A stretch of 46,002 nucleotides of DNA from NCBI GenBank assembly GCA_937898585.1, contig CALDHR010000269.1, positions 1-46,002 of the forward strand, given 5' to 3'. Under the pieces are notes generated by a model, which did not search any database, was not told the origin of the DNA, and worked only from the letters and a program-made list of their open reading frames with translations. Positions within the stretch are counted from its first letter, which is position 1. Every line of letters begins with the position of its first letter. The DNA comes from an uncultured Oligoflexia bacterium. Its GTDB lineage: Bacteria; Bdellovibrionota; Bacteriovoracia; Bacteriovoracales; Bacteriovoracaceae. The translations under genes and the position numbers were made by a program. This document shows positions 15,643 through 25,065 of the stretch, one piece after another.

Positions 15643-16443
15643 CTACGAATCTGTAAAGATTTTTTTAATTTTTTCGCGAAGAATCCCTGCCACTTCTTTA
15701 ATAGAAACATGCCAATTGGCAAAAGAGAGAATAAGCGAAGGATTTGGCCAAAAAGAAAATTCTTTTTTAGTATGGTAATCAACGGGATAAGGCACAAGAT
15801 CAGTAAAGCCTGCGGCCTCAAAAAGCATCATAGAGCGCTTTAGATGAAAGGCCGAAGTCACCAGCACCCATTTTTTATTTTTATCTTCTTGCAATAAATT
15901 GGCCGTAAAGGTGGCATTCTCTTCTGTATTCTTGGACTGATCTTCATAAGTAATTTTGTCAGAATTTATACCAAAAACGGGAAAAAGATCTTGCGCCATC
16001 TCGGCCTCTCCCAATCCATCTTTAAAATCTCTTCCTCGCCCTGTAAAAACATATTTTTTATCGGGATACTCCCTCATCAGTTTCACAAAACTAATAAGGC
16101 GCCCGGCCGCAGGATTAAAACTCTCTGTCCCTCGCGACCGCCACACGGCAGCATCAACAAATCCTCCTAGTAAAATAAGGCCATGGGCCTCTTCTATTTT
16201 ATTCTTCTGAGGAGTAGGATATTGATTTTCCAGGTTCCACATAAAAAAACTTCCTGCTGGAAAAATCACCACCAAAAGTAAAACGAGGAAAACAAAGTAA
16301 CTGAGTTTTTCTCTTAATTTTTTTAATAAACGAAATTCGCTATTTCGAAAAAAAACAACAAAGAGAATCGCAATTCCCATCAACACATCTATATTGATGA
16401 TAAAAAAGAAAATTTTATAAAGAATTTCCTCTACTCCACTCAT
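15643..16443 (-). CDS. DUF218 (YdcF/ElyC/SanA-like) membrane-anchored protein
   Basis: N-terminal TM helices, then LLGG...R..RL....KLM.......VFTGRG........EAEMAQDL....GI....ITYEDQSKNTEENATF......KWVLVTSAFHLKRSMMLF, the DUF218 pattern. The ATG overlaps the aspS TGA (ATGA). Confidence 0.8.
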   Translation of the reverse strand: MSGVEEILYKIFFFIINIDVLMGIAILFVVFFRNSEFRLLKKLREKLSYFVFLVLLLVVIFPAGSFFMWNLENQYPTPQKNKIEEAHGLILLGGFVDAAVWRSRGTESFNPAAGRLISFVKLMREYPDKKYVFTGRGRDFKDGLGEAEMAQDLFPVFGINSDKITYEDQSKNTEENATFTANLLQEDKNKKWVLVTSAFHLKRSMMLFEAAGFTDLVPYPVDYHTKKEFSFWPNPSLILSFANWHVSIKEVAGILREKIKKIFTDS

Positions 16444-18281
16444 ACTTTTTTATCCTTCTCCTTTACATCCATTTTCACATGAACGTCTTGCATCTGCCTG
16501 TCAGAGACAAAGTTCGGTGCTTGCATCATAACATCCATGGCCCTTCCGTTCATGGGAAAGGCAATAACTTCGCGAATATTTTGCTCACCCAAAAGCAACA
16601 TTACCATTCTTGCAATCCCGAAGGCCATTCCTCCGTGCGGCGGTGGCCCATAAGAAAAAGCATTCCAAAGAGCACCAAAACGACTCTCTACTTCTTCCTT
16701 CCCATATCCTGCAATTTCAAAGGCCTTCTTCATCACTTCTTGACGGTGATTTCGAATGGCCCCACTGGCAAGCTCGTATCCATTACAGACAAGATCGTAT
16801 TGATAGGCATAAATATCGAGAGGATTTTTATTAACAAGATCATCCATTCCCCCCTGAGGCATAGAAAAAGGATTATGAGCAAAATCAATTTTTCGCTCTT
16901 CATCATCACTCTCTTCAAACATAGGAAAATCAACAACCCATAAAAAGCTCCACTCATTTTCGCGAATAAGTTTTAACTCCTGAGCAAGGTAAGTTCTCAG
17001 CTTTCCTCCGGCCGTATCAATTTTGTGACTTTTTTCTCCAATCACAAAAAAGAGGGCATCTCCTTTATTAACTTGCATTGTCTTTTTGATTTGTTCTAAC
17101 TCTTCTTCTGAGAGGGCCTTGGCAATAGATCCTTTCCACGATCCATCTTCATTCATCACCAAATAAGGAAGCCCGGCCAGACCTGCATCCTTTGCGGCCA
17201 ATGTACTCTTGTCAAAAAACTTTCTCGTCATGAGACTTGTAAGATCTGCACTTCCTTCTACTTTCATGGCCCTAATTTGACCTGCGCTCTCCACGATTCC
17301 TTTAAAAAGTTTAAATTCTGTCTTTTTAAAAGAATCTGTTAAATCAATCATGGGTAGATCAAAACGAAGATCGGGTTTATCTGTCCCATAAGTCTCCATC
17401 GCTTCTTTCCAAGGAAGACGTTTAAAAGGTGCCACACCCTCTTTAGGAAAACTTTTCTTTTCTCCCATTTTATTCCAAAGATTCATCACCATTTTTTCGG
17501 CCATAGCAAACACGTCATCCATGCCCACATAGCTCATCTCAATATCAAGCTGATAAAACTCTCCCGGTGCACGGTCAGCGCGAGGATCTTCGTCGCGAAA
17601 GCAAGGAGCGATTTGAAAATAACGATCAAACCCGGAGCACATCAAAATCTGCTTAAATTGCTGAGGCGCCTGAGGAAGAGCGTAAAACTGTCCGGGATGA
17701 AGACGACTTGGCACTAAAAAATCGCGTGCTCCTTCTGGTGAGCTAGAAGTCAAAATAGGCGTTTGAAATTCCACAAAATTCATGGAACTCATTTCAAGAC
17801 GCAGTTGGCGAATGACTTCGTTATAGAAAAGAATATTTTTATGCATCTTCTCCGTTCTCAAATCGAGGTAGCGGTAGCGAAGACGAGTATCATCACTTTC
17901 TTCTTTGGGATTGTGAGCAATGGGAAAAGGAAGAAGTTCGCAAACTGATTCAATCTCAATTTTTTCCGCAACAACTTCAATTTCTCCTGTTGAGAGCTTT
18001 TTATTAAAAGGGCCTCCTCGTTTTTGAACAGTTCCTTCAACCTTAATGACAGACTCTGTTTTCAACGTAGAGGCCATTGTATAAAGTGGTGAATCAGGGG
18101 TAATGAGAATTTGAGTCAGTCCATAGTGATCGCGCAAATCAATAAAAATAAGGCCGCCCAAATCGCGAAGAACATGAATATGCCCCATTAAAGTTACTTG
18201 TTCACCTATACAAGAACTATTGAGCTCTCCACAAGTATGGGTTCTGTGCTTTGTGGCCAATACGGATTGATTTGCTGTCAT
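16440..18281 (-). CDS. aspS: Aspartate--tRNA ligase
   Basis: 613 aa. Bacterial class IIb features: N-terminal OB fold (HRTHTCGEL...V.L.G.IH..RDLGGLIFIDLRD), FQIAPCFRDED, GGMAFGIARMVMLL motif 3. Confidence 0.95.
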   Translation of the reverse strand: MTANQSVLATKHRTHTCGELNSSCIGEQVTLMGHIHVLRDLGGLIFIDLRDHYGLTQILITPDSPLYTMASTLKTESVIKVEGTVQKRGGPFNKKLSTGEIEVVAEKIEIESVCELLPFPIAHNPKEESDDTRLRYRYLDLRTEKMHKNILFYNEVIRQLRLEMSSMNFVEFQTPILTSSSPEGARDFLVPSRLHPGQFYALPQAPQQFKQILMCSGFDRYFQIAPCFRDEDPRADRAPGEFYQLDIEMSYVGMDDVFAMAEKMVMNLWNKMGEKKSFPKEGVAPFKRLPWKEAMETYGTDKPDLRFDLPMIDLTDSFKKTEFKLFKGIVESAGQIRAMKVEGSADLTSLMTRKFFDKSTLAAKDAGLAGLPYLVMNEDGSWKGSIAKALSEEELEQIKKTMQVNKGDALFFVIGEKSHKIDTAGGKLRTYLAQELKLIRENEWSFLWVVDFPMFEESDDEERKIDFAHNPFSMPQGGMDDLVNKNPLDIYAYQYDLVCNGYELASGAIRNHRQEVMKKAFEIAGYGKEEVESRFGALWNAFSYGPPPHGGMAFGIARMVMLLLGEQNIREVIAFPMNGRAMDVMMQAPNFVSDRQMQDVHVKMDVKEKDKKV

Positions 18282-18305
18282 GATCTACCTCTTGAATATC
18301 AAAAG

Positions 18306-18349
18306 GCGCGATTATAGAGCGGACAAAGGAATACTTCCAGCGCGATTAT
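18306..18349. repeat. 10-bp perfect direct repeat GCGCGATTAT x2, 34 bp apart, in the aspS upstream region
   Basis: gcgcgattat at 18306-18315 and again at 18340-18349. The second copy spans the stop codon of the DUF1295-DUF2177 gene. It is GC-rich and stands out in AT-rich DNA. Confidence 0.9.
18311..18316 (-). promoter_or_regulatory. Candidate aspS -10 box (TATAAT) followed by a GC-rich discriminator
   Basis: The minus strand reads ctcTATAATcgcgcc, about 30 nt upstream of the aspS ATG, with an AGAGG RBS in between. No good -35. Confidence 0.3.
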
Positions 18350-19512
18350 TGCTTTTTTTCTGTAAAAGTTAAGAAGGAAGTCAGACCACACAAAATACTT
18401 CCCCAGCATAAATCAACAAGGGCCATAGAAAGCGGCCAGTTTTTCACAAGAGCAATATTGGTAAATTCATAAATAGCATACATTGTAAGACCGAGAACTC
18501 CTCCTCTAAACAGAGCATCCCATCTTGAAGAGGCCTTACGTGTTCCATAAAGAATAATGCTTAAGGGGATAAAGAAATAAACCATCACTGCTCCCCACAA
18601 AACAACATCAAACTCTCCTCCATTAATTCTGGCCACTTGATGAGTTTGTTCAACATAGAAATCTTTCATAAAGAGACCAAGCCACAAATAATCAAGAGCA
18701 ACTAAAACAATCACCGTTTTTACAAAAATAAAAAAATCTTCTTTTTTAAAAGGAAGAAAGGCCGGTGTTCTTTTTACGTAGCGAGCAAATTCTTCACCTT
18801 TCTTTGCCAAAAGAGGCTCTAACATGGCAATACCTGAAACTTTAATAAGCAAAAAAGTAATGAGAAGAGGACTTAGTATAAAAAACAAATTTCCTTCTGC
18901 ACTTCCTACAGCAAGAAAAAAGAACCCCCACCAAATAAGCGTCTCTCCAAAATAATTAGGGTGTCGGCATAAGCTCCACAGACCTTCTTGTAAAATAAGA
19001 CTTTTCTTTTCTTTTTGTGCTTTAAAGGCAGTTAATTGAGCATCTGCAACGGTTTCAAAGAGAAAACCAAAAATAAAGAGAGAGGCCCCTAGAAAATCAG
19101 TCCAGCAAACCTCGCTTACAGGCGAAAGAAAAACCACGTGAAGCGGCCAAGAAATCAAAAGGAGAATTACCCCCTGTAAAGCAAAGACTTTGAAGAAAGA
19201 AAAAAAGGGCTCTCTTTTCCCCCAGCCTTTACGCCAATTTAAATAACGAATATCTTCACTTTTTTTCATGGTTCTTAGGCCAATATGAAGGGATAAACGC
19301 AAGGCCCATAGAGAGACCATCACCAGCACAATTTTCGATTTAAAGTGAAAAATAGCATCAGGTGAAAAATTTAATGTCACCAGTGACAGCCACAAAAAAC
19401 CCATCCCCCAAAGAGTATCAGCAATGTCATTGCGCTTTGTTAGACGTGAAAAAAAGTAACCTACTACAATAAACAAAGCAGTGCTTAGAGCTAACAGTTT
19501 TAATGAGTCCAA
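18346..19512 (-). CDS. Fusion membrane protein: DUF1295 (steroid 5-alpha-reductase/ICMT-like) N-terminal domain plus DUF2177 C-terminal domain
   Basis: DUF1295 signature LWSLCRHPNYFGETLIWWGFFFLA near aa 180-205. The C-terminal ~125 aa VLVALDYLWLGLFMKDFY...GLTMYAIYEFTNIALVKNWPLSMALVDLCWG match the DUF2177 pattern. TTG start with GGGGGAAG RBS. Confidence 0.8.
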   Translation of the reverse strand: MDSLKLLALSTALFIVVGYFFSRLTKRNDIADTLWGMGFLWLSLVTLNFSPDAIFHFKSKIVLVMVSLWALRLSLHIGLRTMKKSEDIRYLNWRKGWGKREPFFSFFKVFALQGVILLLISWPLHVVFLSPVSEVCWTDFLGASLFIFGFLFETVADAQLTAFKAQKEKKSLILQEGLWSLCRHPNYFGETLIWWGFFFLAVGSAEGNLFFILSPLLITFLLIKVSGIAMLEPLLAKKGEEFARYVKRTPAFLPFKKEDFFIFVKTVIVLVALDYLWLGLFMKDFYVEQTHQVARINGGEFDVVLWGAVMVYFFIPLSIILYGTRKASSRWDALFRGGVLGLTMYAIYEFTNIALVKNWPLSMALVDLCWGSILCGLTSFLTFTEKKQ

Positions 19513-19533
19513 TACTTCCCCCTACTTAATTTT

Positions 19534-19830
19534 CTACTCCAACAATTTCAAAATATCTCCTACCTGACAATGAGATTCCAAGGGATGCTTGAGAAATTTA
19601 TCCACATGAATAAGATACTTATTCTGCCTTCCCTCTTTTTGGATGCTAATGTGCCCACTTTCTTCCAAGTCTGAAATAATTCTTTGAACGGCCCTTTCCG
19701 TGATTCCTACCCTAAAAGCAACCTCTCTTAAAACCATATTCTGATGTTTAGATAGGCAATAAAGGACATGCATATGGTTGGTAAAAAATGTCCACCCCAC
19801 TTCACTCTTATCAAAGTTCTTTAAATTCAA
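19534..19830 (-). CDS. Small winged-helix transcriptional regulator (ArsR/MarR-like wHTH)
   Basis: WTFFTNHMHVLYCLSKHQNMVLREVAFRVGITERAVQRIISDLEESGHISIQKEGRQNKY is a common wHTH regulator pattern. TTG start with GAGGG RBS. It lies 21 nt upstream of the DUF1295 gene and is divergent from dabB. Confidence 0.75.
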   Translation of the reverse strand: MNLKNFDKSEVGWTFFTNHMHVLYCLSKHQNMVLREVAFRVGITERAVQRIISDLEESGHISIQKEGRQNKYLIHVDKFLKHPLESHCQVGDILKLLE

Positions 19831-19867
19831 TTAGTTACCCTCATCTTCTTTTTAAAAACAAAAGCTG

Positions 19868-19896
19868 TTGATTTCACGTATTTTTTTTCGTATATT
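19868..19896 (+). promoter_or_regulatory. Candidate sigma70-type promoter for dabB-dabA (TTGATT-17-TATATT)
   Basis: TTGATT at 19868-19873, a 17-nt spacer, TATATT at 19891-19896. About 60 nt upstream of the dabB ATG. Confidence 0.4.
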
Positions 19897-19957
19897 CTAA
19901 AGTATGTTAAATAATACACGATAAGAATGTCACAAACATTAACAAATAGGAGAAAAT

Positions 19958-21280
19958 ATGAACATATTTAATTTTAACAACCTCACTTTTCTTATGGGAA
20001 GCTACGTTATTATTCTTTCCCTTTTAATTGCCCTTTTTGCTAAAGATTACCTCAAAGGAGACGCCAGGAAAAAATATTTTTTCCGCTGGTTTTCATTTGG
20101 TCTTTTAAGCGTCACTCTCATGACCTTTACCCAAAATATTCTCCTTATGGTTATTCTATGGCCAACCATTGGTCTATCTCTCCATAAACTTCTCCTCTAT
20201 TACCCAGACCGGCCTGCCGCAAAGCTTGCGGCCAACAAGAAATGGCTTATCTCACGCTTAGGCGATTTCTTCTTTATCGCTTTTATTTTTTTCTTTTATA
20301 AAGCATTGCAGACAACAAATTTCTCAGAAGGCATCAAAACGGCCCTTCTATTTCAAGATAGTCTGAAAAATGAAATCTTTCTTACAAACCTTTTTCTTAT
20401 TTTGGCGGTACTCACAAAATCGGCCGTTTTTCCTTTCAACACATGGCTCCCTGATACAATGGAAGCACCTACTCCCGTTTCGGCCTTTATGCACGCAGGA
20501 ATTATTAACATTGGTGCTTTCATCCTTATTAGTAATTTTGAGCTTCTCTCAATGACACCTTCTCTTTTAACATTTCTCATTATTATAGGATCTATTAGCG
20601 CTCTTATCGGTTCTGCCGCCATGCTTACTCAGGTGGATGTCAAAAGGTTTTATGCTTACTCTACTATCGCTCAAATGGGTTTTCTCATGATTCAAATTGG
20701 ACTAGGCCAGACAACTATTGCCATGCTTCATATTATGGCCCACGGTTTTTATAAATCTTATTCTTTTTTCAAATCACCTAGTGCCATTGAGTACAATCAA
20801 CGAAATTTTATTAACCAAAAAGAAAAAATAAAATCCTTTTCTTTTTCCAATGCACTTTTTGCTTTATCAATAAATGCCGTCTTGTTTTTCTCATCTCTCG
20901 AAGTGCTCAACTACTTCTCTATTGATAAACCATCTTCCCTCTTTCTCGTCTTTATCTTTCTCTCATCAAACATTATTTTTTCTTATAAGACATCTCGTAA
21001 TAGTATTGTAAATTCTCTAAAGAAATCTTTTCTTATCTATCTATCCTACAGCTTGTCTTATGCTTTTATTTTCCAAATAACCAAAGATGTTCTTGCTGCC
21101 CCCACAAGCAGTAATTTCATCGAATACACGCTTATTGCTTTCTTCACTCTTTTCACTCTTGTTCAGTTATTTAAAGAGAGAATTATTAAATCCTCTTTAG
21201 GAAGAAATACCTTCATTCATCTTTACAATGGTCTCTACATAGGAACTATCTTTAACAGAATCACTCAAAAACTCATTTAA
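19958..21280 (+). CDS. dabB: DabB, NuoL/MnhA-type proton-conducting membrane subunit of the DAB inorganic-carbon pump
   Basis: LTKSAVFPFNTWLPDTMEAPTPVSAFMHAGIINIGAFIL, STIAQMGFLMIQIGLG and HIMAHGFYKSYSFF match PF00361 (NuoL/N/M) core motifs. It sits immediately upstream of DUF2309/DabA. Strong AGGAG RBS. Confidence 0.8.
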   Translation: MNIFNFNNLTFLMGSYVIILSLLIALFAKDYLKGDARKKYFFRWFSFGLLSVTLMTFTQNILLMVILWPTIGLSLHKLLLYYPDRPAAKLAANKKWLISRLGDFFFIAFIFFFYKALQTTNFSEGIKTALLFQDSLKNEIFLTNLFLILAVLTKSAVFPFNTWLPDTMEAPTPVSAFMHAGIINIGAFILISNFELLSMTPSLLTFLIIIGSISALIGSAAMLTQVDVKRFYAYSTIAQMGFLMIQIGLGQTTIAMLHIMAHGFYKSYSFFKSPSAIEYNQRNFINQKEKIKSFSFSNALFALSINAVLFFSSLEVLNYFSIDKPSSLFLVFIFLSSNIIFSYKTSRNSIVNSLKKSFLIYLSYSLSYAFIFQITKDVLAAPTSSNFIEYTLIAFFTLFTLVQLFKERIIKSSLGRNTFIHLYNGLYIGTIFNRITQKLI

Positions 21281-21294
21281 AAAAAGGATAAACA

Positions 21295-23645
21295 ATGTAT
21301 CAACCAACAATAGAAAAAAATGCTCTTACAACGATGACAAGAAAAGAAAATATCATCAAAAAAATACAAGAGATATCAGGGATAGTAGCACCAGCTTGGT
21401 CCCTTCATAACTCTGTGGCCGTCAATCCTTACTGGGGGCTTATTGACAAAAAATTCCATCATGCTTTAAGGGAGAACACTCTTTTTCATGGTGAATCAAA
21501 CTTTATGCCTGTCTCTTTTTATTATAGCAAATATAAAAAAGGAGAAATCCATCAAGAAGACATTGAAAAATCTCTCTCTCAAAGTCTTATAAAAAAAGAA
21601 GAACTTCTCTCTCTTTCTGAAGTCTATAGTGACTTTGAAAATGAAAAAGGCAAGCATCATCTTTCTATTGCTGATTTCATTGATAAAAAAGAAGAAACCA
21701 ACTGGCGCAAAATAGTTGAATCTGAAATAAGTAAATGGTTCACTTTGTACTTTGATGAAGGACAAGCATCCGTTAATATTTTCAATAAGCAAGAAACATC
21801 TTCTTTTTTTCAAGAAATGAAATCTGTTTTAGAGGTGGATAAAACTCTTTATTTTAAGGGATTAAAAAAAGCGCAAAAACTAATCAAAGAAATTCCCTTA
21901 AATCACGAAGATGCTATTATTTTTATGAGTAATTATCTTTTTGGTGAAAAAAATCCTTCTTGATGAATATTTAAAAAAGATTATTTCATACTCCCCTAGG
22001 AATTCATTCCTATGCTCAATCAAAAGTTTTTGAAGACAATAAGCATAGTAAAAAGAATAGCTTACTTATGGAGCTTTTTGCCCTTCGGATGATGTATGAT
22101 TATATTATTGCTCACCACTATGATATTTCAACCTTTCAAAAAGAAGCAACAAACATTTCTTCCAACAAAAAAGAACTTCACCTTGAATCATTGTGGGTGA
22201 ATGCCTATGAGTATTCTCTTCAAAGAAAAATTCAAGAAGAACTCCTAGAAAATAGTAAAAAAGAAAAAAGAGAAAAGCGCAACATTGAGCTTCAGGCGGC
22301 ATTCTGTATCGACGTAAGATCTGAATTTATGAGACGCAACCTAGAGGACACTAATCCTCATGTTGAGACAATTGGATTTGCTGGTTTTTTTGGTCTTCCC
22401 ATGAGTTTAATTCCTTCAGGAAAAGATACCGCTGTTGAACAATACCCGGTTCTTCTCTCTTCAGGATTTACATTCAAAGAAAAAGAATCTTCTTCTAAGT
22501 CAAAAGAATATACGGCAAAAAAAGATTGGTTTGATTTTAAATCAACGTCCAACTCCTCTTTTGCCTATGTTGAGTCAATGGGTCTTATGAATTTCCTTTC
22601 TTACCTGCAACGTTTTTTCTTCACGAAGAAAACAGACCACTCTGAAAATATCGCCGACAATATTAACATCCCTCAAGAGATGCATTCAAAATTAGCGGAG
22701 GCAGGATTTAATATTTTAACCAATATGGGATTAATAAAAAACTTTGCCCCCATCGTTGCTTTAATCGGCCACGGGTCAACGACACAAAATAATCCTTTGG
22801 CGGGTGCCCTTGATTGTGGGGCCTGTGGCGGTCATAGTGGAAAATCCAATGCTCAAGTTGTCTCTAAGATTCTCAATATTCCAGAAGTTAGAAAACTCAT
22901 TAAAGAAAAGGGAATTCATATTCCAAGTGAGACAACTTTTATCAGTGGTCTTCACTGCACTACAACGGATGAAGTTCATTTTTTTGATACTGAGAAACTC
23001 AATGATTCACAAAAAGGAATCTTTCAAAAAGTAAACAGTGATTTTCAATTGGCCACTAAAAAGGCCAGCGAAGAAAAAAGAAAACGCTACACTCCAACAG
23101 AAAGACAAGATGCTGTGACAAAAAGCAAAAATTGGGCCGAAACAAGACCTGAGTGGGGACTTGTGGACAATTGCTACTTTATTGCAGCAAGAAGAGAAGT
23201 AACAAAGGGAATAAACTTAAGAGGACGATCTTTTCTGCACTCTTATAATGTTGAAGATGACGAGCAAAGCAATGTCCTCAACTTGATTATGAATGCACCT
23301 ATGGTGGTTGGTCACTGGATTAACATGCAATATTATGCTTCCACTGTTAACCACTCTATTTATGGAATGGGCCCTAAGCAATTGCATAATGTAGCAGGAA
23401 CATTTGGTGTCTTTGAAGGAAACAGAAGTGATCTTAAGATTGGCCTTTCATGGCAATCAATTCATGATGGTGATAAGTATTTGCATAATCCTTCACGACT
23501 TCAGGTAATCATTGAAGCTCCTGAGGAAAAAATTAAGGGAGTTATCGAAAAATCTCCTCTTGTAAAACAACTTATTGAGAATCAATGGATTCTTATTTCT
23601 GCACTCGATGGAGAGACAAAAAAGTTAACACCACTTAATTTTTAA
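21295..23645 (+). pseudogene. dabA: DabA (DUF2309, beta-carbonic-anhydrase-like subunit of the DAB pump), interrupted by two +1 frameshifts (frame 1 to 2 to 3)
   Basis: Track ORFs 21295-21963 and 22068-23645 are the N- and C-terminal parts. Conserved blocks: QAAFCIDVRSEFMRRNLE, TIGFAGFFGLPM, LIGHGSTTQNNPLAGALDCGACGGHSGKSNAQ, EWGLVDNCYFIAARRE..RGRSFLHSY. Removing one A from the A7 run (21947-21953) and one C from the C4 run (21993-21996) restores one 782-aa frame. Confidence 0.85.
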
Positions 23646-23653
23646 TCAAAGGC

Positions 23654-24946
23654 CTAAATCCAGCGATTAAAAAAGAGAGAGGCCGTTAAGTCTCCTGTGA
23701 CATTGATCACAGTGCGAAACATATCTAAAATCCTGTCCACCCCCATCAAGAGTAGGATTCCCTCAACAGGGACTCCTACACTTTTTAGGATACTTCCCAA
23801 AATAATCATTCCCACTCCCGGTGTTCCAGGTGCTCCAATAGAAGCAAATGTGGCAGAAACAACAATCATCATAATTTGACTCATGGAAAGATCGAGCCCG
23901 TAGGCCTGAGCAATAAAGCAGGCCGCAACCCCTTGATAAGTTGCAGTACCATCCATATTAATAGTTGTTCCAATAGGGATAACAAAACGAGAGATGCTAG
24001 GAGAAATCCCTAACTTTTTTTCTGCCGTCTCAAGAGTTAGAGGCATTACAGCAGCAGAACTAGATGTTGAAAAGGCCAAAAGCTGAACATCTTTAATGGC
24101 CTTCAAAAAAGAAAAAGGATTTCTTTTGGCACCTAAAAAAATAATAAGCATATAAAAACAGAGCACTCCTAATAAGGCCATCAAAACACTCATTACATAA
24201 GTTCCAATACCAAGAAGGGCATCAAAACCAACTTTGGCCAAGAGATCACTCATCAAACCAAAGACAGCTATGGGTGCTAAGCTCATTGTTCGGCCAACAA
24301 TCGTCATTGATAAAACTTGGATAGAGGTAATCAGGTTCACCATGGGAGATGAATCTTCCGCAGACATGCTGAGCAGAGCAATTCCTATAATAATAGCAAA
24401 AATCACCACTTGAAAAAGATGCCCTTCCACCATCGCGCTGAGAGGATTTTTAGGAAGATAGGAAGTAATCATTTGAGGAATAGGTTCATCTTCCACGACC
24501 TCTGCTTGGATTTCTTTATTCCCTTCAACTCCAGGCAACGCTTCTTTGCTAATTTTATCCCCTGGTCTCATAAGCTCACTAACAGAAAAGCCGATAAGGG
24601 TGGAGACCACTGTCGTGATGATAAAATAGGGGATAAGCCTCATGGATATCTTTTTTAAAAGATCTAGCGATCCTGCACTCAAAATTCCTAAGATAACAGA
24701 GGACATAACCAAAGGGAGGATAATCATCTGCATGAGGACCAGAAAAATTTTTCCTGGAAGAACAAGCCAAGAAGAAATGATGCGAGAGTGCTCTACTGAA
24801 ACAAGATTCGCCTGCGGTCCAATAAGAAACCCTACTCCTAACCCTAAAATGAGAAAGAAGATGATTTTGGCCCATAAATGAGTGTTAACCAGACGGGTTG
24901 TTTCGAGAAGAATTTTTTTGAGGGGGTATGGTAGAGGTAATTGCAT
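23654..24946 (-). CDS. Dicarboxylate/amino acid:cation symporter (DAACS/GltP family)
   Basis: IPIGTTINMDGTATYQGVAACFIAQAYG and the multi-TM layout are typical of the SDF family. The start is uncertain: ATG at 24946 (used here) or TTG at 24982 (track). Neither has a clear SD. Confidence 0.85.
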   Translation of the reverse strand: MQLPLPYPLKKILLETTRLVNTHLWAKIIFFLILGLGVGFLIGPQANLVSVEHSRIISSWLVLPGKIFLVLMQMIILPLVMSSVILGILSAGSLDLLKKISMRLIPYFIITTVVSTLIGFSVSELMRPGDKISKEALPGVEGNKEIQAEVVEDEPIPQMITSYLPKNPLSAMVEGHLFQVVIFAIIIGIALLSMSAEDSSPMVNLITSIQVLSMTIVGRTMSLAPIAVFGLMSDLLAKVGFDALLGIGTYVMSVLMALLGVLCFYMLIIFLGAKRNPFSFLKAIKDVQLLAFSTSSSAAVMPLTLETAEKKLGISPSISRFVIPIGTTINMDGTATYQGVAACFIAQAYGLDLSMSQIMMIVVSATFASIGAPGTPGVGMIILGSILKSVGVPVEGILLLMGVDRILDMFRTVINVTGDLTASLFFNRWI

Positions 24947-25002
24947 AAATGAAGAATTATCGTTTTCAATTCTAAATAGCAACTATTTATATAAAAGTAG
25001 GT

Positions 25003-25034
25003 AAAAAAAAGGCAGGAATAAATCCTGCCTTTTC
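25003..25034 (-). terminator. Rho-independent terminator after the RRM-protein gene
   Basis: Stem ggcagga (25011-25017) / tcctgcc (25023-25029) with a 5-nt loop. On the minus strand the hairpin is followed by T8 (A8 at 25003-25010 on plus). A weaker TTTTC follows on the plus strand. Confidence 0.7.
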
Positions 25035-25065
25035 TAGCAAACTAAAAAACTAAATCGTTAATTAA

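Noticed and set aside
16479-16943. 154-aa plus-strand ORF (and neighbours 16610-16834 and 16733-16957) inside aspS
   Set aside because: These are antisense or alternative frames of a highly conserved essential gene. They have no motifs and are typical shadow ORFs.
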